This document shows positions 32,521 through 42,612 of a DNA stretch of 64,000 nt, one piece after another; the stretch's first letter is position 1, and each line of letters begins with the position of its first letter. The notes under the pieces were generated by a model that searched no databases, was not told where the DNA came from, and saw only the letters and a program-made list of their open reading frames with translations. Where the stretch lies: assembly GCA_963771175.1 (NCBI GenBank), contig CAVYSY010000001.1, positions 96,001-160,000 of the forward strand, given 5' to 3'. This stretch comes from an uncultured delta proteobacterium (lineage in GTDB: Bacteria; Myxococcota; Myxococcia; Myxococcales; Myxococcaceae). The position numbers were made by a program, and so were the translations under genes.

Positions 32521-33943
32521 ATGGAGCGTGGGATGACGGCAGACCAGGTGCTCAAGGCACTGTGGCGCCGAAAGGTGCTGGTCGGGGCCATCGTGCTGGG
32601 AGTCTTCGCGGTGGGGGCCGCCATCGTGCTGAGCCAGCCGAGTGTGTACGAAGCGACGGCGGTGGTGCGAGTACAGCCGCAGCGGCCCGGAGAGGAGATG
32701 GTGCAGCGCACCGTGAGCGAGCTCGTCGAGCAGCGGCTGCTCACCGTCCGCCAGGAGTTGATGGCGCGCCCCGTCCTGCAGCGGGCCATCGAGGAGATGA
32801 ACCTCTATCCGGAGATCGTGTCCGAGGACGGCATGGAGGCCGCCGTCAACCGCATGCGCAAGGAGCTCACCGTGCGCGTGGAGGGCGAGAGCGCCTTCGA
32901 GCTGACGTACTCGAGCCGCGACTCCGCAGGTGACGGCGCAGGTGGCCAACCGGCTGCCGGAGATCTTCGCCGAGCAGGCGCTGAAGTCGCGCCAGGAGCA
33001 GGCGGCCCGGGCCACGAAGCTCTTCGAGGATGAGCTGGTGTCGCTCTCCAGGAGCGTCACCGACTGGGAGAAGAAGATCGCCCAGTTCAAGGTGGACCAT
33101 ACGGGCGAGCTGCCCGAGCAGCTCGAGATGAACATGCGCGGGCTGGAGCGCGTGGGCGCGCTGATGCAGACGAAATCCGAGGAGCTGCGCGTGGCCGAGG
33201 CGCGGCGCTCGGAGCTGGCGCGGACGCGCAACGCCGCGGACAGCGAGGCGGGCCGGCTGGAGTCCGCCGAGCACTCCCTCACCGAGGCGCTGGTGGGCGC
33301 CCGCTCCTCCTGGACGGCGGATCACCCCGAGGTGCGGCGGCTCACCCAGGAGCTCGCCTCCATGCGTCAGAAGCGCAAGGACGCCGAGAGCAGCCAGTGG
33401 GTGGAGCGTCAGGAGCGCGCCCGCGTGGCCGACCTCATCGGCACCATCCAGAAGGAGATCGAGGGGCTGCACCAGCAGGCCAGCGACTACCAGGAGCGGC
33501 TGGACCGCACTCCGAAGTGGGCCCACGAGCTGGGCGTGCTGCAGCGCGACTATGAGATCGCCCGCACCAAGTACCAGAGCGTGGTGTCGCGCCGGGTGGA
33601 GGCGGAGATCGCCCAGGAGCTGGAGGCCAAGAGCGCAGAGAGCCTCTTCAACGTGGTGTCCCCGGCGGGCGTGCCGGCGTCGGCGGCCCGGCCGGACCGG
33701 ATGAGCGGCCTGCTGATCGCCTTCCTGATCGCCCTCGGCCTGGGGGTCCTCACCGGGGTGGTGCTGGAGATGCGTGACGACAGCATCCGTGACACCCAGG
33801 AGCTGCGCGAGCGCCTGCCTCTCCCCGTGCTCGCGGTGGTCCCGAACATGCAAGGCAAGGGGGAGAAGCGGGTGCTGATGCCCGCCACGGGAGCTCGCAA
33901 TGGGGTGGTGACACCGCCTTCGTCGGACTCGCCTCTGAACTAG
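32521..33943 (+). CDS. exoC: Polysaccharide co-polymerase (Wzc/GumC N-domain); frameshift near 32925
   Basis: Wzz-like N-terminal TM plus PSVYEATAVVRV, coiled coil, DHPEVRRL, C-terminal TM and DDSIRDTQELRERLPLPVLAVVP. Confidence 0.85.
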
Positions 33944-33983
33944 GGAACCTCGGGTGAGCAACGCGAAAGTTGGGAGGGCTGAG

Positions 33984-34721
33984 ATGGAACAGACGATGGA
34001 GCGGGCGGGAAACTTCCTTCCCCGAGTGGATGACGCCGCGGGCTCTCCGAACGCGGTGGACAAGCGGGTGGTGTCGCTGACGGCACCGGCCTCGAGCGCG
34101 GCGGAGCAGTACCGCAGCCTCTACTATCGGCTGGAGCGGATGCGCGAGCTGCGGCCGCTCAAGGTGGTGGGCATCACCTCGGCGCTGCCCGGCGAGGGCA
34201 AGACGGTCACCACGGTGAACCTCGCCCTGGTGGCGGCCCGGGCCAACCCCGAGCGGCGCATCCTGCTCATCGACGCGGACCTGCGTCGCGGTCAGGTGGC
34301 CGACGTGCTCGGCATCAGGGGCCGGCCGGGGCTGTCGGAGTTGCTGGCCGGCGAGTGCGAGGTGCGCGACCTGGTGCGCCGCTTCCATGCCACGCGCATG
34401 GCCGTCATCACCGCGGGCGCCACGCCGGAGGAGCCCACCCAGGCGCTCGCCAGCGGGAAGATGAAGCAGTTCCTCAAGGTGGTGCGCGAGCACTTCGACG
34501 AGGTGTACGTGGACCTGCCGCCCACGCTGCCGTTCGCGGACTCGGCGATCCTCGGCCACCAGACGGACGGCCTGCTGATGGTGGTGCGGGCCAACGTCAC
34601 CCCGGCCCGGGCCATCAACCAGGCCGTGGAGCAGCTCGGCGGCGCACCCATCGTGGGCTGCGTGCTGAACGGGGCGGAGCTGAGCGACACCCCGTACATG
34701 AAGAACTACCTGCGGAAGTAG
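33984..34721 (+). CDS. exoD: BY-type tyrosine kinase (CpsD/CapB)
   Basis: AEQYRSL, TSALPGEGKT, LLIDADLRR, VDLPP. Confidence 0.9.
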   Translation: MEQTMERAGNFLPRVDDAAGSPNAVDKRVVSLTAPASSAAEQYRSLYYRLERMRELRPLKVVGITSALPGEGKTVTTVNLALVAARANPERRILLIDADLRRGQVADVLGIRGRPGLSELLAGECEVRDLVRRFHATRMAVITAGATPEEPTQALASGKMKQFLKVVREHFDEVYVDLPPTLPFADSAILGHQTDGLLMVVRANVTPARAINQAVEQLGGAPIVGCVLNGAELSDTPYMKNYLRK

Positions 34722-34805
34722 GCATACCGGCGACCCGGCCGCGCAAGGGGGGACTCCTGACCGGGTGACATGGCGAGGGGCGACGAGGCGGTAGGAGGGT
34801 CATCC

Positions 34806-36191
34806 GTGCTTCGGGTTTTCCACCATTACTTCTCATCCAGGAAGCTGACGCTCTTCGTCATCGAGGGCGCCGCCATCGCCCTGGCCTGCCTGCTGGGGGC
34901 GGCATGCGTGTCGAGGGTGCTGGCGCCAACGAACACCCACCTGTCGCTGGCCCAGTCACTGCCGGCGCTGCTGCTGCTGGGGGCCACCTTCGTCCCCACG
35001 TTCCAGTTCGCCCTCTACCTGATGGATCTGTATGACCTGCGGGTGGCGGCGGAGGATCGGGGCCGGGGTGCGCGGCTCCTCAAGGCGGCCGGGGTGACGA
35101 CGGCCGTCGTCGGGGTGTTGATGCTGGCGGCGCCGACGGTGCTGCCGGTGCGCCTGCCGCCCGGGGCGCTGCTGGGCGGGGCCATGGGGGCGCTGGGCGG
35201 GACGTTGCTGGTGCGTGCCTCACTGCGCGCGGTGGTGGGCGTCCCCAGCCGGGTGCTCATCGTGGGGGATGGGCTCAAGGCGCGCGCGGTGGCCAGCGCC
35301 ATCGAGCAGGGCTGCGAGGACAGCTTCCGGGTGGTGGCCCTGGTGGACCCCCGGCGGGCGGTGGCCGAGGGCAAGCAGCTCGAGCAGGTGGACGCGCTGG
35401 CCGAGCGGCTCGGGGCCGAGTTCGTGGTGCAGGCCGCGGATGACATGCGCGGGGCCAACTGGATGGAGGCGCTCCTGCGCTGCCGCCTGGCGGGGCGCCG
35501 GGTGTACGACGCCAGCGGCTTCTGCGAGCGCGTGCTGCGCCGCATTCCGGTGGCCCATCTGCGCACCAGCGACTTCGCCTTCGCGGACGAGCTGACGGTC
35601 TCGCCGCTGCGGCGCATGACCAAGCGGGCCTTCGACGTCGCCGTGGCCTCGGTGCTGCTGCTGTGCGCCGCGCCCTTCCTGGTGCTGGTGGCGCTGGCCA
35701 TCAAGCTGGACTCGAAGGGTCCTCTCTTCTACCGGCAGGAGCGCGTGGGGCTGGGCGGCAGGCGCTACTGGCTGTGGAAGTTCCGCAGCATGCGCACGGA
35801 CGCGGAGAAGGACGGGGCGGTGTGGGCCCGGGCCAATGACGACCGCGTCACCCGGATGGGGCGCTTCATCCGCAAGACGCGCATCGACGAGATTCCCCAG
35901 GTGTTCAACGTGCTGGTGGGGGACATGAGCTTCGTGGGGCCTCGGCCGGAGCGCCCCGTCTTCGTCGAGCAGCTCAAGCAGCAGATTCCCTTCTACGGGC
36001 TGCGCGAGGCGGTGAAGCCCGGCATCACCGGGTGGGCGCAGATCCGCTACCCCTACGGAGCGTCGGTGGAGGATGCTCGCAACAAGCTGGAGTTCGACCT
36101 GTACTACGTGAAGAACGGCTCCCTGTTCCTGGACCTCGGCATCATCTTCCACACCGTCAGGCACGTGTTGCTGGCGCGGGGAGCGAGGTAG
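34806..36191 (+). CDS. exoE: Polyisoprenyl-phosphate hexose-1-phosphate transferase (priming sugar transferase)
   Basis: KRAFD, KFRSM, RVTRMGRFIRKTRIDEIPQVFNVLVGDMSFVGPRPE, VKPGITGWAQ. Confidence 0.92.
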   Translation: MLRVFHHYFSSRKLTLFVIEGAAIALACLLGAACVSRVLAPTNTHLSLAQSLPALLLLGATFVPTFQFALYLMDLYDLRVAAEDRGRGARLLKAAGVTTAVVGVLMLAAPTVLPVRLPPGALLGGAMGALGGTLLVRASLRAVVGVPSRVLIVGDGLKARAVASAIEQGCEDSFRVVALVDPRRAVAEGKQLEQVDALAERLGAEFVVQAADDMRGANWMEALLRCRLAGRRVYDASGFCERVLRRIPVAHLRTSDFAFADELTVSPLRRMTKRAFDVAVASVLLLCAAPFLVLVALAIKLDSKGPLFYRQERVGLGGRRYWLWKFRSMRTDAEKDGAVWARANDDRVTRMGRFIRKTRIDEIPQVFNVLVGDMSFVGPRPERPVFVEQLKQQIPFYGLREAVKPGITGWAQIRYPYGASVEDARNKLEFDLYYVKNGSLFLDLGIIFHTVRHVLLARGAR

Positions 36192-36291
36192 CGGAGGGGC
36201 AGGCCGGGCCCGTTGAGGCTCGAGTGCCGCCACCGGGGGGCCGGTGGCGGGGGTGTACGGATGGGGTTGGAGAGGGGACGGGGACGGGGAC

Positions 36292-37362
36292 ATGCTCGAG
36301 TCGGAATCGCCTCTCGACGAGGCGTTGGGGGAGAGTGCGCGCCGGACGGCCAGCCGGAACGAGCTGCTGCAGGCGCTCGACGTACGGCCGACGCGCATCG
36401 TGGCCATGGGGGGCGGGACGGGTCTCCCCATGGTGCTGCGGGGTCTGGCCCGGCGTGCCGGGCCGAGAGCGGGGGAGCCGGGCCTGGATATCACCGCCGT
36501 CGTGGCGATGAGCGATGACGGGGGAAGCTCCGGCCGGCTGCGGCGCTCGCGCGGGGTGTTGCCGCCGGGAGACGTGCGCAACTGTCTGGTGGCCCTCGCG
36601 GGCGGCAAGGGCACCAGCCCGCTCAGCGAGGTCTTCCAGTACCGCTTCGCCGGGAAGCGGGGGCTGGCGGGCCACGCGGTGGGCAACCTGCTGATCGCCG
36701 CGCTCGCCGAGCTCAAGGGGGACTTCCTGGAGGCGGTGCGCGTCTCCGGGGAGCTGCTCGGGGTGAAGGGGCGGGTGCTGCCCAGCACCACCTCGCCGGT
36801 GCAGCTCGTGGCGCGAATGGAGGACGCCACCGAGGTGGTGGGCGAGCGCAACATCTGCCGCGTCCATGGCCGTATCCAGAAGGTGCTGCTCAGCCCCCAC
36901 GCGCCGCCTCCGGTCGACGGGCTGCTGGAGGCCATCTACACCGCGGACCTCATCGCCATCGGGCCGGGCTCGCTGTACTCGAGTCTCATGCCCAACCTGC
37001 TGGTGGACGGGGTGGCCCAGGCGCTGTGCGAGACGCGGGCGCTGAAGGTGCTGGTGGCCAACTTGATGACGCAGCCGGGCGAGACGGATGGCATGGACTG
37101 CCTGGACCACGTGCGCGCCGTCATCGACCACGTGGGCCCGCTGCTGGACGCGGTGCTGGTCAACGGTGCCTCGCCCTCCGACGAGGCCGTCCGCCGCTAC
37201 GGGCTCAAGGGCTCGTCCCCCGTCCGGGTGGATCGCCGCGCCCTCATCAGCGCGGGCGTCGTCCCGGTGGAGGCGGATCTCCTCAAGGAGGGCCCACGGA
37301 TCCGCCACGACAGCCGCAAGGTGGCGCGCTGCCTGCTGAAGATGGCGCGCACCGGGTTGTAG
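36292..37362 (+). CDS. exoF: YvcK/CofD-like UDP-sugar-binding protein
   Basis: MGGGTG, SDDGGSSGRLR, PPGDVRNC, GHAVGNL, GPGSLYSS, NLMTQPGET. Confidence 0.88.
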   Translation: MLESESPLDEALGESARRTASRNELLQALDVRPTRIVAMGGGTGLPMVLRGLARRAGPRAGEPGLDITAVVAMSDDGGSSGRLRRSRGVLPPGDVRNCLVALAGGKGTSPLSEVFQYRFAGKRGLAGHAVGNLLIAALAELKGDFLEAVRVSGELLGVKGRVLPSTTSPVQLVARMEDATEVVGERNICRVHGRIQKVLLSPHAPPPVDGLLEAIYTADLIAIGPGSLYSSLMPNLLVDGVAQALCETRALKVLVANLMTQPGETDGMDCLDHVRAVIDHVGPLLDAVLVNGASPSDEAVRRYGLKGSSPVRVDRRALISAGVVPVEADLLKEGPRIRHDSRKVARCLLKMARTGL

Positions 37363-37402
37363 GGCGGGCGGGGCTCCACCCCGGGAGGTGGAGCTCCCTG
37401 TC

Positions 37403-38809
37403 TCACGCCGCCTGGGACCGAGGGGCGAAGGCCGGCTCCGGCTGGCGGTTCAGATCGGCCGCGGCCGGCCTGGAGGTGAGCGCCTTGAGCACCATCCGCG
37501 GGGAGAAGAGGGCCGCGGGCGACTCGAGCATGTGCATGACCCGCACGAACGTCCGCAGCGCTTCCTCATCGTGGTTCGCGAGCCGATGCACCTGGTCGCC
37601 GTACCAGTTCAGCAGGCCGCTCGCCGGCGGGCGCTTGCCCTCCACCTCGGGGAAGCGCAGGTCCCCACTGGTTGCCATGGACCAGGGCAGCTCGAGCAGC
37701 TTGCCCACTTGCTGGCGGTAGCGCTGGGACACTCCGCCCAGGCCCTGGCGCAGGCACTCGCCCAGCGTCTGGGCCTGCAGCGCGCCCGTGGTCATGCCCT
37801 GGCCGTAGATGGGGTTGAACGAGCAGAACGCGTCCCCCACCGTGACCAGGCCCTCGGGGAAGCGCGGCAGCCGCTCATAGTGACGCCGCTGGTTGTGCGA
37901 GAAGCGGAAGACGGTGATGGGCGAGAGGGGCTCGGCGTGCCTGAGCGCCTCGTGGATGTGCGGCTGGCGCAGGCTCCGGGCGAACTCGACGTAGCCGGCA
38001 TCGTCCAGCGGTGGTTGCTCGCCCAGCCATCCCCCCATCGAGACGAGCCAGCGATCGCCCTCGATGTTCTGGATGGAGGCCAGCCGCCGCTCCTTGGGGA
38101 GCTCGGGCGCGATGCTCATCATCTTCCAGTTCCCCACGAAGTCGGGCGGCCGCCGGTAGAGGCGGCTGGCGTAGACCACGTCCACGTGGATGCGCGTCTC
38201 CTCCACGCGCGGGTAGCCCAGCGCCTCCAGCCACTGGGGCGTGCGCGAGCCGCGGCCACTGGCGTCCACGACCAGCTCGCCCTCGAGCGTCTCCTCTTGT
38301 CCGCCCCCGGGCGCCCGGAGCTGGACGCCGGTGACGCGGGCCTTGTCCGCGCTCGTCAGGTAGCCGGTCACCTCGCGGCCGTCGAGGACCGTCACGTGGG
38401 GCAGGGCCTGGAGCTGCTCGCGGAGCACGCTCTCCAGCAGCGGCCGACTCTGCGCGTAGAAGGTGATGCCACTCGGGATGCGAGGGCGCCAGATGCCGGA
38501 CATGTACCAGGCATGGTCCGCGGTCATGTCCATGAAGTTGGAGCCGGCGGCCTTCAGGGCCTCCCGGAAGCCGGGGAAGAGCTCGCAGAGGATGTCCATG
38601 CCGCGCGTGAGCAGACCGTGGACGTGCATTCCCTGGGGGACGCCCTTGCGCGGCTGTGCGCCCGGCTCGAAGCGGTCCCGCTCCACCAGCGTGACGCGCT
38701 CGAAGTGACGGGCGAGTACGCCCGCTGCGATCAGCCCCGCCATGCTGCCGCCAGAGATGATGGCGTGCTTGCCAACAGGGTTGGAGGGAACGGCGTTCGG
38801 TGTGCTCAT
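37403..38809 (-). CDS. FAD-dependent oxidoreductase/monooxygenase
   Basis: HAIISGGSMAGL (Rossmann variant), RKGVPQGMHVH, VDASGRGS, GDAFCSFNPIYGQGMT. Confidence 0.88.
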   Translation of the reverse strand: MSTPNAVPSNPVGKHAIISGGSMAGLIAAGVLARHFERVTLVERDRFEPGAQPRKGVPQGMHVHGLLTRGMDILCELFPGFREALKAAGSNFMDMTADHAWYMSGIWRPRIPSGITFYAQSRPLLESVLREQLQALPHVTVLDGREVTGYLTSADKARVTGVQLRAPGGGQEETLEGELVVDASGRGSRTPQWLEALGYPRVEETRIHVDVVYASRLYRRPPDFVGNWKMMSIAPELPKERRLASIQNIEGDRWLVSMGGWLGEQPPLDDAGYVEFARSLRQPHIHEALRHAEPLSPITVFRFSHNQRRHYERLPRFPEGLVTVGDAFCSFNPIYGQGMTTGALQAQTLGECLRQGLGGVSQRYRQQVGKLLELPWSMATSGDLRFPEVEGKRPPASGLLNWYGDQVHRLANHDEEALRTFVRVMHMLESPAALFSPRMVLKALTSRPAAADLNRQPEPAFAPRSQAA

Positions 38810-39056
38810 ACGGTCCTCGGCTAGAAAAGGAGTCGGAGAGTAGGCGACACGTCTGGAGGCGTCGAATGACGGACTCCTGGCTCGTTCCTCCCTGGTTCAT
38901 GCGGTGTCCGACAGATGACCGGCCGGACCCGTCCGCTCGAACGCTCCCCATCGGGTGAAATGGGGCTCGTGGGTTGTTGGCGGGCAGGGCCGTTACCACC
39001 TTGCGGCGCACGCGGGACCTCGGGGGCCCCGCGCCGTCAGGAGCCGGACACAAATC

Positions 39057-40175
39057 ATGGAAGCCAGACAGCTCACCCCCGCGCCAGGCATCGTCGAGGT
39101 GACGGATCGCACCTCCTTCATGTCTCTCGAGCCGGAGTGGAACGCGCTCGTGGGGTCCACGGCCGACGAGCCCTTCTATCGCCATGAGTTCCTCCGGGTG
39201 TGGGTGGACAACTTCGCCCCGGAGTCGCGGCTGCGTGTGCTGACGCTGCGTGATGGGGAAGGGCACCTCGCCGCGGGCCTGCCGCTGCTGGCCGGGCGCG
39301 CCTCGATGTATGGCGTGCCGGTGCGACAGCTCTCCGCCACGGCCAACTCGCACTCGTGCCGCTTCGATTTGGTGGCGCGCGAGCCCGAGGTCGCCGCGAA
39401 GGCGTTCCTCGGACACCTGCGCGAGGACTCGAGCTGGGACGTGCTGCTGCTCACGGACGTGCCCGAGGGGGGCGCGGGCTGGACGCTGTACGAGGCGGCG
39501 AAGGCCTCGGGGCTGCCGGTGGGGACGTGGGAGTCGCTGCGGTCGCCCTACATCCCGCTGCCGGGCTCGTGGGACGAGTACCAGAAGACACTTCAGTCCA
39601 AGTTCAAGGCCAACTGCCGCCGCCGGCGCCGCAAGCTGGAGGAGAAGGGCCGCGTCACGGTGGAACGCGTGGAGGGAGGGCTCGAGCTGGAGGCACGGCT
39701 GGAGGAGGGCTTCGCGCTGGAGGCGAGCGGGTGGAAGGGCCGTCGCGGCACGGCCATGGCGCAGGACGCGCGCACCCGGGGCTTCTACTCGGAGCTGGCG
39801 CGGGACGCGGCGTACGCGGGCCGGCTGGTGCTCTATTACATGAGGCTGGACGGGCGCGCGGTGGCCTTCCAGTACGCGCTGGAGTACGGCGGGCGCTACT
39901 TCCTGCTCAAGCCCGGCTACGACGAGTCGCTGGGGGACTGCAGCCCGGGTCAGCTCCTCATGGAGGACGTGCTGCGCGACTGCATGCAGCGGGGCGTGCG
40001 CGAGCTCGACTTCCTCGGGCCGGACATGGTGTGGAAGCGGGACTGGACGGACAAGGTCCGCCGCCACACCTGGCTCTACCTCTTCAACGACACGGCTTTG
40101 GGTCGCGCGCTGTGCGCGGCGAAGTTCCGCTGGGCTCCGGTGGCCAGGGAGGTGGTGGCGCGATGGAAGCGGTGA
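39057..40175 (+). CDS. exoG: GNAT (CelD/BcsL-like) acetyltransferase
   Basis: EPEWNAL, PFYRHEF, KPGYDE...SPGQLL, LDFLG...WKRDW. Confidence 0.85.
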   Translation: MEARQLTPAPGIVEVTDRTSFMSLEPEWNALVGSTADEPFYRHEFLRVWVDNFAPESRLRVLTLRDGEGHLAAGLPLLAGRASMYGVPVRQLSATANSHSCRFDLVAREPEVAAKAFLGHLREDSSWDVLLLTDVPEGGAGWTLYEAAKASGLPVGTWESLRSPYIPLPGSWDEYQKTLQSKFKANCRRRRRKLEEKGRVTVERVEGGLELEARLEEGFALEASGWKGRRGTAMAQDARTRGFYSELARDAAYAGRLVLYYMRLDGRAVAFQYALEYGGRYFLLKPGYDESLGDCSPGQLLMEDVLRDCMQRGVRELDFLGPDMVWKRDWTDKVRRHTWLYLFNDTALGRALCAAKFRWAPVAREVVARWKR

Positions 40176-41338
40176 AGCATACGAGGTTGTTCGTTCCCGC
40201 CCAGCCCACGCTGTGGCCGGGCATGCTGTTCGGCCACCGCGAGCCGAGCGGCTTCATGCCCTTCAGCGCGCCCAACGTCCGCTGGTTCTACTTCGCCCGC
40301 AACGCCGTCTGGACGACGGTGAAGATGCTGGGGCTGGACAAGGGCGAGGTGCTGATGCCGGCCTATCACCACGGTGTGGAGGTGGAGGCGGTGGTGGACG
40401 CCGGCGCCATGCCGCGCTTCTACCGGGTGGGCAGCCGCTGGGACGTGGATGTGGAGGACGTGGAGCGGTGCCTCGGGCCGAAGACGAAGGCGCTCTACCT
40501 CACCCACTACGCGGGCTTCCCGGGTCCGGTGGACGCGATGCGCGCCCTGGCGGACAAGCACGGCCTGCCGCTCATCGAGGACTGCGCCCTGTCGCTGCTG
40601 AGCGCGGATGGCTCGGTGCCGCTCGGGACGACGGGGGACATCGGCATCTTCTGCCTCTACAAGACGCTGCCGCTGCCGCACGGCGGGGCGCTCACCGTCA
40701 ACGGCCCCCGGCAGTACAGCCTGCCCGAGCCTCCCGCGCCGCCGTTCGCCTCCACGCTGAGCCACACCCTTTCCGCGCTGCTGCAGAACCTGGAGCTGCG
40801 CGGTGGGGCGTTCGGGCGCGGGGTGCGCCGCTTCATCCGGAGCCTCGGCAGGGGGGCGGTGAAGGCGGCGGACATCGAGCGGGTGGCCACGGGCACGCAG
40901 CACTTCGACAGGCGCCACGTGGACCTGGGGATGAGCCCGTTCGCGAAGCGGATCGCCCAGGCGCAGGATCTGGAGGCCATCGTCGAGCGGCGGCGGCGCA
41001 ACTACTTCTTCCTGCTGGGGCGGCTGCGGGACGTGTCGCCGCCGCTGTTCAACCAGCTCCCCGCGGGGGTGAGCCCGCTCTTCTACCCGCTGGTGGTGGA
41101 GGACAAGGCGGAGGTGCTCGCGCGGCTGCACGCGAGGGGCCTCGAGGCCATCGACTTCTGGAGGCACTTCCACCCGGCGTGCGACGCGGCGGCCTTCCCC
41201 GAGGTGGCACAGCTCCGCCGGAGCATCGTGGAGATTCCCTGCCACCAGGACCTCACGCCGGAGGTGATGGCGGAAGTGGCCACGGTGGTGCGCGGGGCGC
41301 TGACGACGGATCGCCGCAGCCGCAAGCACGCGGGCTGA
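40163..41338 (+). CDS. exoH: DegT/DnrJ/EryC1/StrS-family sugar aminotransferase
   Basis: EVLMPAY, THYAGFP, LIEDCALS, FCLYKTLPLPHGG (PLP Lys), IPCHQ. Confidence 0.88.
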   Translation: MEAVKHTRLFVPAQPTLWPGMLFGHREPSGFMPFSAPNVRWFYFARNAVWTTVKMLGLDKGEVLMPAYHHGVEVEAVVDAGAMPRFYRVGSRWDVDVEDVERCLGPKTKALYLTHYAGFPGPVDAMRALADKHGLPLIEDCALSLLSADGSVPLGTTGDIGIFCLYKTLPLPHGGALTVNGPRQYSLPEPPAPPFASTLSHTLSALLQNLELRGGAFGRGVRRFIRSLGRGAVKAADIERVATGTQHFDRRHVDLGMSPFAKRIAQAQDLEAIVERRRRNYFFLLGRLRDVSPPLFNQLPAGVSPLFYPLVVEDKAEVLARLHARGLEAIDFWRHFHPACDAAAFPEVAQLRRSIVEIPCHQDLTPEVMAEVATVVRGALTTDRRSRKHAG

Positions 41339-41367
41339 GCTGCTGAAACAGACACGAGGTTCATACC

Positions 41368-42579
41368 GTGATTCACGAAGCGGAATTGTCTCCCAAGCCG
41401 AGCCCCGCTCTGTGGTTGGACGTGAGCGCCGTGGGGGACTTGTCGAAGCTGGCGGCCATGCGGGGCGCCTGGAACGCGCTGCTCGACGCGAGCAACGCGG
41501 GGCCCTTCAACGCGTGGGAGTGGCTGTACCCGTGGTGCCGGCGCATCGGGGCGGACCGGACGCCCTTCGTGTTGCAGGCGAAGGACCGGAGCGGCGAGCT
41601 GGTGGGGCTGATGCCGCTGGGCTTCGAGTACCAGTGGGTGCTTGGGCGTCCCATCCGGCGCCTGGCGTTCCTGGGCGAGACGCACGTGGGCAGCGACTAC
41701 CTGGACGTGGTCGCGCGGCGCGAGTGCGAGGAGGAGGTGACGCACGCCTTCGCCGGAGCCCTGTGGGAGCTGAGGGACCAGTGGGACGTACTGGACCTGA
41801 CGGACCTGCGCGAGGACTCGCTGTCGGTGCGGGTGCTGCGGGAGACCTTCGAGAAGAACCGGGCGGATTTCCGGATGTCGACGCGGTACGTGTGCCCGTA
41901 CGAGTCGCTGCCCAAGGGCGAGTCCTTCGATGACTTCCTGCGGCGCACGAGCCGGCGGGACAACTTCCTGCGCCGGAAGAAGTGGCTGGAGAAGCAGGAG
42001 GGCTACCGCATCGAGAAGACGGAGGCGCCGGGCGCGCTGGCGGGGCCGCTGACGGACTTCTTCCGGCTGCACGCGATGCGGTGGGAGTCGGACGGGGGCT
42101 CGCAGGGCATCAAGGGCCGGGGCGTCGAGGCCTTCCACCGGGATGCCACGCAACTGCTCGCCGAGCGAGGCCGGCTGCGCCTCTACACGATGAAGGTGGG
42201 GGGCCAGGCGGTGGCCTCGGTGTACGGCATCCTGCATCGGGACTCGTTCATCTACTTCCAGTCCGGCTATGACCCGGCCTGGCGCAACCGCAGCGTGGGG
42301 CTGGTGCTGGTGGGCGAGACGTTCCGCGACGCCCTCGAGGCCGGGCTCACCGAGTACGACTTCCTCCGGGGCACCGAGTCCTACAAGTCCGACTGGACGA
42401 CGCAGCAGCGGCGCACGGTGTCCCTGCGGGTGCTCTCGCCCGGCGGGGGAGGGGAGTGGCTCGTCCGGCGCGAGGCGGCGATGCGGCGGGTTCGCGAGGT
42501 GGCCCGGCGAGTGCTGCCGCGGAATGCGGTGGAGCGGGTGCGCCGGTGGCGGCGCGAGCTCGCCGCGGTGCGCGGATAG
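41368..42579 (+). CDS. exoI: GNAT (CelD/BcsL-like) acetyltransferase
   Basis: WNALLD...PFNAWEW, SDYLD, YFQSGYDP...SVGLVL, YDFLRGTESYK. Confidence 0.85.
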   Translation: MIHEAELSPKPSPALWLDVSAVGDLSKLAAMRGAWNALLDASNAGPFNAWEWLYPWCRRIGADRTPFVLQAKDRSGELVGLMPLGFEYQWVLGRPIRRLAFLGETHVGSDYLDVVARRECEEEVTHAFAGALWELRDQWDVLDLTDLREDSLSVRVLRETFEKNRADFRMSTRYVCPYESLPKGESFDDFLRRTSRRDNFLRRKKWLEKQEGYRIEKTEAPGALAGPLTDFFRLHAMRWESDGGSQGIKGRGVEAFHRDATQLLAERGRLRLYTMKVGGQAVASVYGILHRDSFIYFQSGYDPAWRNRSVGLVLVGETFRDALEAGLTEYDFLRGTESYKSDWTTQQRRTVSLRVLSPGGGGEWLVRREAAMRRVREVARRVLPRNAVERVRRWRRELAAVRG

Positions 42580-42612
42580 GAGGCGGGGAGGGCGCCCCGC
42601 GTCAGGCCGGAT

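Noticed and set aside
39356..41338. 660-aa version of the aminotransferase
   Set aside because: The N-terminal 269 aa overlap exoG out of frame and are low complexity; the real start is about 40163.
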